Sequence record: PQ100635.1
DNA: 64,000 bases
Source of the DNA: Escherichia phage PNJ-9
Direction: 5' to 3' (one strand)
Positions within the stretch are counted from its first letter, which is position 1. Each line of letters starts with the position of its first letter. The notes under the pieces were generated by a model, which worked only from the letters and a program-made list of their open reading frames with translations, searched no databases and was not told the DNA's origin. Shown piece by piece: positions 1 through 8,601 of the stretch. Position numbers and translations under genes: made by a program.

Positions 1-14
1 ACTGAGAGTCTATA

Positions 15-239
15 ATGGCTAAATTGATTATAGAAGGGTCTGAAGATGTTTTAAAATGTTTTGCCGCCTGGTTTAGTTGCTCAGGCGAGCAATCATTCAT
101 TGAAGCATTTAGAATGGGTGATATTACTGGAAACTATCCGGCAACTGATATCACTGTACGTGGATATGGTATTAATGAGCCTATCCAATTGGTCGAATAT
201 GACCTTGCCACCGATGAGGAAATTCCTTATGTCGATTGA
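15..239 (+). CDS. hypothetical protein (74 aa)
   Basis: ORF with ATG start; stop overlaps next gene's start (ATGTCGATTGA). Confidence 0.45.
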   Translation: MAKLIIEGSEDVLKCFAAWFSCSGEQSFIEAFRMGDITGNYPATDITVRGYGINEPIQLVEYDLATDEEIPYVD

Positions 240-474
240 AGACATCAAAGGCTACAAGCCACATACCGATGATAAAATCAGTAAAGTGAACGCTATTAAA
301 GACGCAGAAGTTCGTTTAGGACTTATTCTGGACGCCCTGGCAGAAGAAGCATTATCAGCAAATACTCCTGAAGCTCTGACGGCTTTGTCCCAATTGAACT
401 GTGCTAAAGAACGCCTAAAGGAAGCTAGTATGTGGGCTTGTCGTGCGGTATTTCGACCAGAGGAAAAATACTAA
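229..474 (+). CDS. hypothetical protein (81 aa)
   Basis: Internal ATG of track ORF 61..474 preceded by GAGGAA RBS; upstream part overlaps previous gene. Confidence 0.45.
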   Translation: MSIEDIKGYKPHTDDKISKVNAIKDAEVRLGLILDALAEEALSANTPEALTALSQLNCAKERLKEASMWACRAVFRPEEKY

Positions 475-773
475 TGGCTCAAATCCTATCAGGCTTTGGA
501 ACTCATTATGAAGCATCTCGACGCATAACTGAAAGCAATCCTTTTGGCCTTGTTCCGAAGCACAAGAAAATTCAAAGCCTTGATGACTTTGAGAATCGCC
601 TATGGGCCCTCTTTAATGAGTACAAGGCATATCTGAAAGAAGACGCTGACGATTGTCTTGAAGAAGATGAGATTGCGTATTACGAACAACGCCTTGAACA
701 GCTCAAGAACTTCCACCAGGTTCGTGACGAAGTATCTAAAGCAGTTAAAAAGTTAATTCCTTTCAAAGAGTAG
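474..773 (+). CDS. hypothetical protein (99 aa)
   Basis: ATG in TAATG stop/start overlap with GAGGAA RBS; track ORF 432..773 same frame. Confidence 0.5.
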   Translation: MAQILSGFGTHYEASRRITESNPFGLVPKHKKIQSLDDFENRLWALFNEYKAYLKEDADDCLEEDEIAYYEQRLEQLKNFHQVRDEVSKAVKKLIPFKE

Positions 774-801
774 TTTACTTCTCCTCTAGTTGTGTTACTA
801 T
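774..801 (+). promoter_or_regulatory. early sigma70-type promoter (TTTACT -35, 16-bp spacer, TACTAT -10) with dyad CTCCTCTAGTTG/CAACTAGAGGAG flanking the -10
   Basis: Hexamers and spacing read directly; same module repeated elsewhere in window. Confidence 0.55.
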
Positions 802-830
802 AGACCTGTCAACTAGAGGAGAAATCAAAA

Positions 831-1289
831 ATGACTATCAATTCTGACGTTTTTATCCGCCGTAATAAACTCCGTCGAATCTTTGAAACGGAGTTCCGCA
901 AAATAAATGCCGGTATAAAAGATGCTGCAAAGTCTCTTGGACTACCAGGCTTTCATATCAAGTATTCTCAACATCTCTTAGATCGTGCTATCCAGAGAGA
1001 AATAGATGAGAACTACGTTTTTGAATTATTTCGTAAAGTAAAAAATCATGTTAAAGAAGTTGCAGAATTTTTATCAATGCCGGCACGTCCAGATGTTGAT
1101 GAAGATTTTGTCGAAGGTGTCGAATATCGCCCAGGCCGTTTAGAAATAACTGATGGAAATCTTTGGTTAGGACTTACAGTTTGTCGCGAAAATCCAGCAT
1201 TCAAAATGAAGACTCTTCAATGCAGAATGGCTATTATTAACAATAAACGACTACCAGGAAAAGCTTCTAAAGCAGTGATTAAAATCTAG
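831..1289 (+). CDS. regB: RegB site-specific endoribonuclease
   Basis: 152 aa; N-terminus MTINSDVFIRRNKLRR and C-terminus RLPGKASKAVIK match T4 RegB from memory; GAGGAG RBS. Confidence 0.8.
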   Translation: MTINSDVFIRRNKLRRIFETEFRKINAGIKDAAKSLGLPGFHIKYSQHLLDRAIQREIDENYVFELFRKVKNHVKEVAEFLSMPARPDVDEDFVEGVEYRPGRLEITDGNLWLGLTVCRENPAFKMKTLQCRMAIINNKRLPGKASKAVIKI

Positions 1290-1297
1290 AGGTAAAC

Positions 1298-1840
1298 ATG
1301 AGAAAAGCACTACTCGCTGGTCTATTTGCTCTTTCATTATCAGCACATAGCTCCGAGCATACTTTTAGTAATGTCCAACTCGATAACTTGAATTATGCTT
1401 ATCAGTTTGGGGAACAGTTTTCTAAGGATGGAAAATTTAAAACGCATGAAAATATGCATAAGAAAGGACTTGGATACATAATGGCCGCAATACTATGGCA
1501 GGAATCATCTGCCGGTATTAATCTTAAAGATAAGAAAGGTCACCATGCGTATGGAATGTTCCAAAACTATCTACCAACAATGAGGGCAAGAATTAACCAG
1601 CTTGGTTATAATATGACTGATGCCCAAATTAAGAAAATGCTATCTAAGCGGTCTAATTCAACCAGATGGGCTTATATCGAATTTTCTTATTGGTTAAATA
1701 TACATAACGGGGATATAAGAAAAGCTATATCCTCATATAATGCGGGATGGAAGACAAGTGCTGGAAGTAAATATGCTTCTGAAGTCCTAGAAAAGGCTAA
1801 TTACCTTAAATCAAATAAACTACTGGAAATAAAAGAATGA
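1298..1840 (+). CDS. secreted lytic transglycosylase-like protein (SLT domain)
   Basis: N-terminal signal peptide; ES...GMFQ...SYNAG motifs typical of SLT domain; GAGGT RBS. Confidence 0.65.
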   Translation: MRKALLAGLFALSLSAHSSEHTFSNVQLDNLNYAYQFGEQFSKDGKFKTHENMHKKGLGYIMAAILWQESSAGINLKDKKGHHAYGMFQNYLPTMRARINQLGYNMTDAQIKKMLSKRSNSTRWAYIEFSYWLNIHNGDIRKAISSYNAGWKTSAGSKYASEVLEKANYLKSNKLLEIKE

Positions 1841-2184
1841 CCAAAGTGTTGGCTTTAATAGTTGGCTTGGTTTCATTTAACGCTCTTGCTAATACTACAT
1901 ATACTGATGTAACGGAGTATACAAATAGAACGGCGTCTGATTATTGTGGTAAAAGTCAAGAGTGTAAAGTAGATTTTTCACAAAAATTGTTATATGCGTA
2001 TAAAGACGGAGAAAAAGATGGGGCGTCTAGTAGGTTCAAGGCGTCTACCTTAATTAAAAGATACTATAAAAAATGGCAAATATTAGAATGCTCGGTGGCG
2101 GAACCTAAAGATAAGGCAGCATGCAATTCTATGGTGGACCGTCTAGTTGACTCTTATAATAGAGGACTTGCAGCAAGTGATTAA
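1837..2184 (+). CDS. secreted hypothetical protein (115 aa; possible Vs homolog by position and size)
   Basis: Signal peptide MTKVLALIVGLVSFNALA; ATGA overlap with upstream gene. Confidence 0.5.
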   Translation: MTKVLALIVGLVSFNALANTTYTDVTEYTNRTASDYCGKSQECKVDFSQKLLYAYKDGEKDGASSRFKASTLIKRYYKKWQILECSVAEPKDKAACNSMVDRLVDSYNRGLAASD

Positions 2185-2644
2185 AAACTATATCAAGGGC
2201 GATATTGTCGCCCTGTTTTCTAAAGGTAATAATATTGCTCATGGGTGTAATTGTTTTCATACAATGGGCGCTGGTGTGGCAGGACAATTAGCAAAGGCTT
2301 ATCCAAAAATTTTAGAAGCCGATAAACTTCAAACCGAATTCGGTGATGAGACTAAACTCGGGACTTATTCGGTTTATGAAAAATATTTTAAGACCCATAA
2401 AGCTTATTGCTTTAATCTTTATACACAGTTTGAGCCGGGACCTAATTTTGAGTACTCTGCTTTAATGAATTGTATAATAGAATTAAATGAATTCGGAAAG
2501 AATAAGATAACAAAGCCTGTAATTTATATGCCAAGAATTGGTGCAGGTATCGGTGGTGGAAACTGGGATGTCATCGAAGAGATTTTAGATACGTATTCCA
2601 CTAAACTAGAAATTGTGATTGTTGATTGGGAACCGTTATTATGA
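2147..2644 (+). CDS. macro-domain (ADP-ribose binding/processing) protein
   Basis: GDIV...HGCNCFHTMGAGVAGQL and PRIGAGIGGG resemble macro-domain motifs; start uncertain (TTG 2147 or GTG 2177 with GAGGA RBS). Confidence 0.55.
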   Translation: MTLIIEDLQQVIKNYIKGDIVALFSKGNNIAHGCNCFHTMGAGVAGQLAKAYPKILEADKLQTEFGDETKLGTYSVYEKYFKTHKAYCFNLYTQFEPGPNFEYSALMNCIIELNEFGKNKITKPVIYMPRIGAGIGGGNWDVIEEILDTYSTKLEIVIVDWEPLL

Positions 2645-2853
2645 ATATACATTATCCACATCCATATGACCCAAAGAATAAGGTAGTAATTATTCGTCAA
2701 TGGGAACGCATTTGTCGTACCAAATGTCCAATTAATAGTCCACATGATGTAGATAAAGACTACATCGGAACATTCGTTGAATATACCTTTATTGATAAGA
2801 AAGGTCGTAAACAGCATGTAGAAGAATACTGCTTAAAGGTGACATGGTTATGA
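2641..2853 (+). CDS. hypothetical protein (70 aa)
   Basis: ATG in ATGA overlap with upstream stop; in frame with track ORF 2626..2853. Confidence 0.45.
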   Translation: MNIHYPHPYDPKNKVVIIRQWERICRTKCPINSPHDVDKDYIGTFVEYTFIDKKGRKQHVEEYCLKVTWL

Positions 2854-3035
2854 GTTTAAGTAAAGAACAAAAAGACAAACTCTTTTCTCTTATCCACGAA
2901 GTTATGGATAAAAATAGTGAATTGGAAAAAGTTTGTAATGAATGCGGTCCTTTTAGTGCAAACGAGTACGAAGAACTTTCTAAAGAATTCGATAATAAAG
3001 AACAAGAACTTATTAATTATATAAATTCCTTATGA
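2850..3035 (+). CDS. small acidic protein, REQ-family paralog (61 aa)
   Basis: ATG after AAAGGTGA RBS; SKEQKDKLFSLIHEV N-terminus shared with 3032, 4460 and 5021 ORFs. Confidence 0.45.
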   Translation: MSLSKEQKDKLFSLIHEVMDKNSELEKVCNECGPFSANEYEELSKEFDNKEQELINYINSL

Positions 3036-3220
3036 TTACTCGCGAACAAAAGAACGAAATATTATTTTTAGTTGGTGAAATTATTAGTTTAGAAAAGGAT
3101 TTGTCTTTTGAAATATCTTCTGAATATGGAGATGCCGAAACATATTACGAATTAGTAAAATCTATCGATAAAGCTGAAAATGATTTAAAAACATATTTAG
3201 AAAATTTAACTAAGGATTAA
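3032..3220 (+). CDS. small acidic protein, REQ-family paralog (62 aa)
   Basis: ATGA overlap start; TREQKNEILFLVGEI N-terminus. Confidence 0.45.
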   Translation: MITREQKNEILFLVGEIISLEKDLSFEISSEYGDAETYYELVKSIDKAENDLKTYLENLTKD

Positions 3221-3221
3221 A

Positions 3222-3803
3222 ATGGCTAGTTTAATTTTTACATATGCCGCTATGAACGCTGGTAAGTCTGCTTCATTACTTACAGCCGCACATAACTATA
3301 AAGAACGTGGCATGGGTGTATTAGTTCTTAAACCGGCTATTGATACTCGCGATTCAAAAGGTGAAATAGTCTCTCGTATTGGTATTCGTCAGGACGCCAA
3401 TATAATTACAAAAGACATGGATATCTTTGAATTCTATAAATGGGCTGCAGCACAAAAGGATATTCATTGTGTATTTGTTGACGAAGCTCAATTCTTAACT
3501 ACTGAAAAGGTGTATCAACTTAGTCGTATTGTTGACGTATACAATGTGCCGGTAATGGCATATGGACTACGAACAGATTTTAAAGGTAATCTATTTGAAG
3601 GTTCTCAAGCATTAATGGCTATTGCCGATAAGCTTGTTGAACTTAAAGGTGTCTGTCATTGCGGTAAAAAGGCCACAATGGTAGCTAGAGTCACGGAAGA
3701 CGGACTTCCAATTACAGATGGCAGTCAAATTGAAATTGGTGATACTGATAGATATGTGTCATTATGCCGGAAGCATTGGAATGATTTGACAGGGTTGTTA
3801 TAA
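3222..3803 (+). CDS. tk: thymidine kinase
   Basis: 193 aa; P-loop AAMNAGKS, VDEAQF, zinc-ribbon CHCGKKA...C typical of TK; T4 tk is the same length. Confidence 0.9.
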   Translation: MASLIFTYAAMNAGKSASLLTAAHNYKERGMGVLVLKPAIDTRDSKGEIVSRIGIRQDANIITKDMDIFEFYKWAAAQKDIHCVFVDEAQFLTTEKVYQLSRIVDVYNVPVMAYGLRTDFKGNLFEGSQALMAIADKLVELKGVCHCGKKATMVARVTEDGLPITDGSQIEIGDTDRYVSLCRKHWNDLTGLL

Positions 3804-3806
3804 ATA
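3799..3806 (+). promoter_or_regulatory. T4-type late promoter candidate (TATAAATA)
   Basis: Exact TATAAATA overlapping tk stop, upstream of rI region. Confidence 0.4.
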
Positions 3807-3830
3807 CTAATATCTAACCAAGAGGTATAT

Positions 3831-4043
3831 ATGCAGCAATTAAACGAAAGACAACTTCGTAATCTTACTGTAACCCAACTGGATGAAATCCGAAGAGAAT
3901 TAGGACATTCTATTTCTCATTTAAACGAGGATATCCGTCAAACTGGTTCTAAAGCTGATTATACACGCAAGCGCAAGCTGGAAAAATACCTCACAGATGT
4001 TAAGGCCGTCCAAAGGCGAAAAATAAATACTGGCCAAAATTAA
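3831..4043 (+). CDS. hypothetical protein (70 aa; rI.-1 position)
   Basis: ORF with AGAGGT RBS between tk and rI. Confidence 0.5.
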   Translation: MQQLNERQLRNLTVTQLDEIRRELGHSISHLNEDIRQTGSKADYTRKRKLEKYLTDVKAVQRRKINTGQN

Positions 4044-4055
4044 CAGGAGGCCTAT

Positions 4056-4358
4056 ATGGCCTTAAGAGCGATAGCTGTCATGGCGATGCTGGGGTTTTTT
4101 GCAGCAACAACTCCTATCGTTGGTACTGCGTACACTGACCCATATTTTGATAACTTTATGGAATCAGGGATTAAAAACGTATATACTTTGTTTGAAATTC
4201 AAAATGTCGAGAATTCTGAAAAATTCTATAAGTATATGGTAAAGCATTACAAAAATAGCCCCTGTGATGATGCATTTGAATGTCATGAACAAGGCATAAA
4301 AACTGCCAGACAATTTGCCGAGTTCATGAAAATAAAATTAGAGCCTACATCTATCTAA
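4056..4358 (+). CDS. rI: lysis inhibition regulator RI
   Basis: 100 aa; signal-anchor N-terminus and DPYFDNFMESGIKNVY...KNSPCDDAFEC match T4 RI from memory. Confidence 0.8.
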   Translation: MALRAIAVMAMLGFFAATTPIVGTAYTDPYFDNFMESGIKNVYTLFEIQNVENSEKFYKYMVKHYKNSPCDDAFECHEQGIKTARQFAEFMKIKLEPTSI

Positions 4359-4363
4359 TTTAC

Positions 4364-4393
4364 TAGCCCCTTCCTTATGGTTGGGGCTTTTTG
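4364..4393 (+). terminator. rho-independent terminator
   Basis: AGCCCC...GGGGCT stem followed by TTTTT. Confidence 0.6.
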
Positions 4394-4404
4394 GCATCTA
4401 TCAG

Positions 4405-4432
4405 TTTACTTCTCCTCAGGTTGTGTTATAGT
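4405..4432 (+). promoter_or_regulatory. early promoter (GTTTAC, 17-bp spacer, TATAGT) with CTCCTC/GAGGAG dyad
   Basis: Read directly; member of repeated promoter module family. Confidence 0.55.
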
Positions 4433-4459
4433 AGTCCTTACTTACTAGAGGAGAACGTT

Positions 4460-4639
4460 ATGTCACGTAAAGAAAAAATTTCTAAGTTAATGTTTTTGAT
4501 TGAAGAGTACGCTAATGCGGTATCTGATTGGGAAAATGCTCATGGTTGCGAAGATGGAGACATCGACATTAACAGAGCTATGAAAAAGATGGCCGAAGCC
4601 CACTCCGAATTGCAAATGTATGTTAACGAGATTATGTGA
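4460..4639 (+). CDS. small protein, REQ-family-like (59 aa)
   Basis: ATG preceded by GAGGAG; upstream part of track ORF 4391..4639 overlaps promoter. Confidence 0.45.
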   Translation: MSRKEKISKLMFLIEEYANAVSDWENAHGCEDGDIDINRAMKKMAEAHSELQMYVNEIM

Positions 4640-4646
4640 GGATATT

Positions 4647-4856
4647 ATGCTTTACGATTATACTGGAAAATCTGAAGACGGTGTACTTGAACTTTTACCT
4701 GAAAGCGCTGAAGATGACGATATGACGACGGTGATGTTTTGTAAAAATGGTCCTGGGGATAAGGGATGGATTTATCTTCGTCAAGAAAATGACCTAATTG
4801 TTTTGGACCCTAAACAAGTTGAAGAACTTTATCAACATTTAAAACACAATCGGTAG
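4647..4856 (+). CDS. hypothetical protein (69 aa)
   Basis: ATG after GAGGA; in frame with track ORF 4620..4856. Confidence 0.45.
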   Translation: MLYDYTGKSEDGVLELLPESAEDDDMTTVMFCKNGPGDKGWIYLRQENDLIVLDPKQVEELYQHLKHNR

Positions 4857-4885
4857 TTTACATCTTGGTAGGACTATGTTATAGT
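4857..4885 (+). promoter_or_regulatory. early promoter (TTTACA -35, TATAGT -10) with TAGGACTA/TAGTCCTA dyad
   Basis: Read directly. Confidence 0.5.
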
Positions 4886-4913
4886 AGTCCTATCAAAACA
4901 AACGGAGAACAAA

Positions 4914-5024
4914 ATGAAACTTTTGCTTATCGCTTATGTTGTAGTACAATACAATTATCCGATGTTTACTTATAACATGGTAAACGGCATAGTGAATCTT
5001 ATTGAAACGAGTATGGTAAAATGA
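4914..5024 (+). CDS. small ORF (36 aa), below track threshold
   Basis: ATG after GGAGAA RBS downstream of early promoter; ATGA-coupled to next ORF. Confidence 0.3.
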   Translation: MKLLLIAYVVVQYNYPMFTYNMVNGIVNLIETSMVK

Positions 5025-5200
5025 CCCGTGAACAAGCTAATAAATTGATGGACCTTATCCATGACTTACGTGAAGCTGATTCAGATTTAAATGATGTAGC
5101 TTATCATGCAGTAAATGACTGTGGAGACTTTTATGAAAAACAAGTTGATTCTCGTCAGAATGATTTGGTGAATTTTGTTGAAACTTTAATTGGTGAATAA
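5021..5200 (+). CDS. small acidic protein, REQ-family paralog (59 aa), below track threshold
   Basis: MTREQANKLMDLIHDL N-terminus resembles 2850 and 3032 ORFs. Confidence 0.4.
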   Translation: MTREQANKLMDLIHDLREADSDLNDVAYHAVNDCGDFYEKQVDSRQNDLVNFVETLIGE

Positions 5201-5201
5201 T

Positions 5202-5732
5202 ATGAAAACTGTAATTGAAACAACCGAACTGTTCGGTGATTTGACTATCGAAAAACGTGGTAATGTATACGTTCTGACTCAGGAAGATGATGGTATTACT
5301 ATTTGTCCTATGGAACTAGACGAGATTTTGAAACTCAATCCGCCTGGTCATGCATCGGCAATTAATATTGGTGGAGACCTTCAGGCTCGTTTTTATCATG
5401 GGCTTTATAACGGTGCTAATATCGAAACTGAAGACAAATGCCTTTCTATCGATAACTGGAAAACATTCGTTGCTAAGGTGAAAGAATTCTTGGAATCCGA
5501 ACCACCTGAAAAGGCTAAACTTAAATGGGGTATCAGTCGTGGTGCTTACATTATTAATCCAATAGCTCCAAACTATACCACGACTTTGGCAGTCATGAAT
5601 TCTTATGAAGATGGTGATGTCGTAACTATTCGCCAAAATGATGATTTACGTTCACATGTTACTACATTTACCAAAGACGAAGCTGTAGCTCTTAAAGCTT
5701 ATCTTGATTCTATTATCCCGACTTTGAAATAA
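5202..5732 (+). CDS. hypothetical protein (176 aa)
   Basis: ATG immediately after upstream TAA; GGTGAATAAT leader as at 45692 and 50362. Confidence 0.5.
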   Translation: MKTVIETTELFGDLTIEKRGNVYVLTQEDDGITICPMELDEILKLNPPGHASAINIGGDLQARFYHGLYNGANIETEDKCLSIDNWKTFVAKVKEFLESEPPEKAKLKWGISRGAYIINPIAPNYTTTLAVMNSYEDGDVVTIRQNDDLRSHVTTFTKDEAVALKAYLDSIIPTLK

Positions 5733-5741
5733 GGAATTATT

Positions 5742-6215
5742 ATGATTATCAATGAAAACTCTTGGCACTTTAAAATTTATGCCGCGTTCAATAGTACATG
5801 GAATCGCCCTAAAACGTTGTGTGCTTATTTTTGGAAAACGTTAATCCCGGTATTGTCTGTTTCAATTATCGGATTTGCGATTTTAGCAGCAGTAACAATC
5901 ATTGGCCAGGAAATTTTAACTAGATTCTTTGTTTTTAGCAGTCTATGGACATTAGTTCCAGCCTCAATTGGCGTAGGCATTTTAATGGTAGCAGTCATGG
6001 CTTTTATTTCTGCCGGGTTGGTAATTGGTCCGTCTTGGTTGTTAGACAAATATAACGACAGAAAATATTATAAAGAAATTGAGTTCATTGCACAAAACCA
6101 AGAACGAATTAAAAATGGACTTGAACCTATTGAACGTAAGAAATCATTAATAGGTGAATACATTAAAGCTCGTAAAGAAAAAGTCTGTCCTACTCTTGAA
6201 TATAAGGCTAAATGA
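5742..6215 (+). CDS. predicted membrane protein (157 aa)
   Basis: Three hydrophobic segments; AAGGA RBS. Confidence 0.55.
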   Translation: MIINENSWHFKIYAAFNSTWNRPKTLCAYFWKTLIPVLSVSIIGFAILAAVTIIGQEILTRFFVFSSLWTLVPASIGVGILMVAVMAFISAGLVIGPSWLLDKYNDRKYYKEIEFIAQNQERIKNGLEPIERKKSLIGEYIKARKEKVCPTLEYKAK

Positions 6216-7201
6216 TGAAAACAATTATGAAAGGCTACTTTGGTAGCCACCTTTATGGAACGTCTACTCCTGAATCTGACGTCGATTTTAAAGAAATTTA
6301 TGTCCCTCATGCTCGTGATATCTTGACCGGTAACGTTAAAGAACACATGAGCAAGAACACGAATAACACATCTTCTAAGAACACAAAAGACGACGTGGAC
6401 CATGAGTTGTATAGTCTCAAATATTTCTTTAAACTAGCTGCGGACGGTGAAACAGTCGCATTAGATATGCTTCACACTCCACCAAGTTTAGTAGTTAAAT
6501 CTGATTTGCCTGATGTATGGAAGTATATTCAAGATAACAGGTCTCGTTTCTATACCACTAACATGAAATCTTATTTAGGGTATGTCCGTAAGCAAGCTTC
6601 TAAATATGGTGTCAAGGGTTCTCGACTAGCTGTTCTTCGTCAAGCCCTTAAACGTTCTAATGAATGGGGACAATACTTTGATAATGGTGCAGTAATTCGT
6701 TTATCACATATGAAGAATGTTCTGCCTGTAGGTGAATTTGCTTCGTGGGTTGAAACTGAAAACGAGAAAACAGGTAAGCAAACATTCTATAATCTGTTAG
6801 ACCGTAAATTCCAAGACACGTTAACCAATAAAGAGTTCAATGCCATCCTTGTTAAACTGGAAGAGAACTATGGCGAACGTGCTCGTAAGGCAGAAGCTAA
6901 CGAAGGTATTGACTGGAAAGCATTGAGTCATGCATGTCGTGGTGGACTTCAATTATTGGAAATTTACAAAACAGGCGACCTGGTTTACCCACTTCAGGAT
7001 GCTCCATTTATTCTCGATGTTAAGCTTGGTAAACATACGTTTAAAACTGTACAAGAATTCCTAGAAGATATCGTTGACCAAGTTGAACATGCGTCAGAAC
7101 AAGCTGCCAAGAACGGTATGCAACAAAAAGTAGATATGAGTTTCTGGGATGATTTCCTTGAGCAAGTCTATCTCGAAAATCATAATTCTTACTATAAATA
7201 A
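6212..7201 (+). CDS. nucleotidyltransferase-fold protein (329 aa)
   Basis: GSHLYGTSTPESDVDFKEIYV resembles pol-beta-type NTase motif; ATGA overlap start. Confidence 0.55.
   Translation: MMKTIMKGYFGSHLYGTSTPESDVDFKEIYVPHARDILTGNVKEHMSKNTNNTSSKNTKDDVDHELYSLKYFFKLAADGETVALDMLHTPPSLVVKSDLPDVWKYIQDNRSRFYTTNMKSYLGYVRKQASKYGVKGSRLAVLRQALKRSNEWGQYFDNGAVIRLSHMKNVLPVGEFASWVETENEKTGKQTFYNLLDRKFQDTLTNKEFNAILVKLEENYGERARKAEANEGIDWKALSHACRGGLQLLEIYKTGDLVYPLQDAPFILDVKLGKHTFKTVQEFLEDIVDQVEHASEQAAKNGMQQKVDMSFWDDFLEQVYLENHNSYYK
7193..7200 (+). promoter_or_regulatory. late promoter candidate (TATAAATA)
   Basis: Exact TATAAATA upstream of 7233 gene. Confidence 0.35.
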
Positions 7202-7232
7202 ATAGATAAATAACCATTCACTTGAGGTAAAT

Positions 7233-7502
7233 ATGAAAAAATTAGTAATTGGTTTATTCGCAGTAATGATTGCGTTCTCTGTTGGTGCAGCCAGCGGTAG
7301 TGCAGGAGCTGGTGGTAACCAAACTTCTGGGCCTTCTAATGGTTCGGTAAATGCATCACATTCTCAGGGTATTGAGAACATTAAATCAAGCTATATTAAT
7401 AGCACGGCCGGACAAGCAACTGAAGCATGGTCAAAGGGACGAGTAGTTACTCGCTCCGTATTCTGTGATATGCCTAATTATGTTGCTAAGTGCGATAAGT
7501 AA
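7233..7502 (+). CDS. secreted Gly/Ser-rich small protein (89 aa)
   Basis: Signal peptide; GAGGT RBS. Confidence 0.5.
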   Translation: MKKLVIGLFAVMIAFSVGAASGSAGAGGNQTSGPSNGSVNASHSQGIENIKSSYINSTAGQATEAWSKGRVVTRSVFCDMPNYVAKCDK

Positions 7503-7506
7503 ATGT

Positions 7507-7530
7507 GGGGACCTTCGGGTCCCTTTAGGG
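7507..7530 (+). terminator. hairpin terminator with TTCG tetraloop
   Basis: GGGGACC-TTCG-GGTCCC then T-rich tail. Confidence 0.5.
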
Positions 7531-7554
7531 GGTTAAAATATTTTTAAAAAGTAG

Positions 7555-7583
7555 TGTACATGCTTTTAGGATATGTTATTATA
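7555..7583 (+). promoter_or_regulatory. early promoter (TGTACA -35, TATTAT -10)
   Basis: Read directly; shares the TATAGACCTATCAA downstream motif of the module family. Confidence 0.45.
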
Positions 7584-7620
7584 GACCTATCAAAACGAAA
7601 TGAGTAAATTGGAGAATAAA

Positions 7621-8601
7621 ATGTTCAACGTTCAAATCAAAAAAGGTATCTATCGTAATAACGAAATCTCTGGTTCTTATGTTGCCACAAAGACCTGGTT
7701 CCCAGCAAAGCTTAATCCTGAATGTTCCCACTTAGGTGATGGTAAAATTTTCGTTATGATTGATGGTTCTGAACGCGGAGTATGGGTCTTCAAATCAGAC
7801 ATCGTAATGGAAGGAGTTGAGACGTCACCAGTTGCAGTTGTTGAAAGCACTGAAGATATGAAAACTCGTATCAACAAACGTTTTAAAGTAATGAACATGA
7901 TGACGAATGGCATTATCGATGGCAAAATTCGTTCACTCATTATTTCAGGTGCAGCTGGTATTGGTAAGACGTATTCTCTGGATAAAGCACTTAATAATGC
8001 TAATGATAACGGTTTCATCAAATACAAAAGCATTAATGGTAAAATCTCTGGTATTGGCCTTTACGAACAACTTTGGCTCAACCGTGATGCGGACAGCGTT
8101 CTCTTAATCGACGACGTTGACGTATTCTCAGATATGGACATCTTGAACCTTCTTAAAGCAGCATTAGATACTGGAGATAAACGCAAAGTTTGCTGGAGCA
8201 CTGCGTCATCTTATCTCGATGATAAGGGTATTGATAAAGAATTTGAGTTTGAAGGTACTATCGTTTTCATTACAAACGTTGATATCGATAAAGAGTTAGA
8301 ACGCGGTTCGAAACTTGCCCCACACCTTCAAGCTTTAGTATCTCGTTCAGTGTATCTCGACCTTGGAGTACACTCTAATGAAGAGATTATGGTTCGAGTT
8401 GAAGATGTAATATTATCTACTGACATGATGCAGAAACGTGGTCTGACAGATGCAGAAACGTATAAAGCCTTGTCCTGGATGAAGGCTAACGTATCTCGTC
8501 TTCGCAATGTATCATTACGTACGGCTCTTTACGTAGCAGATTTTATTTCAACTGATAAAGATGGTTGGGAAGAAATCTCGGAAGTTACTTTACTGAAATA
8601 A
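7621..8601 (+). CDS. AAA+/P-loop ATPase (326 aa)
   Basis: Walker A SGAAGIGKT and Walker B VLLIDDVD; ATG after GGAGA RBS. Confidence 0.6.
   Translation: MFNVQIKKGIYRNNEISGSYVATKTWFPAKLNPECSHLGDGKIFVMIDGSERGVWVFKSDIVMEGVETSPVAVVESTEDMKTRINKRFKVMNMMTNGIIDGKIRSLIISGAAGIGKTYSLDKALNNANDNGFIKYKSINGKISGIGLYEQLWLNRDADSVLLIDDVDVFSDMDILNLLKAALDTGDKRKVCWSTASSYLDDKGIDKEFEFEGTIVFITNVDIDKELERGSKLAPHLQALVSRSVYLDLGVHSNEEIMVRVEDVILSTDMMQKRGLTDAETYKALSWMKANVSRLRNVSLRTALYVADFISTDKDGWEEISEVTLLK

Noticed and set aside
61-228. Upstream portions of track ORFs that begin at the first in-frame start codon
   Set aside because: Many track ORFs (61, 432, 2626, 4391, 7600, 13395, 28240, 48360 and others) start at upstream TTG, GTG or ATG codons overlapping the preceding gene; internal ATGs with Shine-Dalgarno sequences and stop/start coupling are more plausible starts.
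5316-5636. Minus-strand ORF (106 aa) inside the 5202-5732 gene
   Set aside because: Fully antisense to a well-supported + strand gene, no RBS, composition typical of a shadow ORF. The same applies to the other minus-strand track ORFs such as 7677-8033, 25883-26374, 27669-28121, 30370-30963 and 32029-32508.
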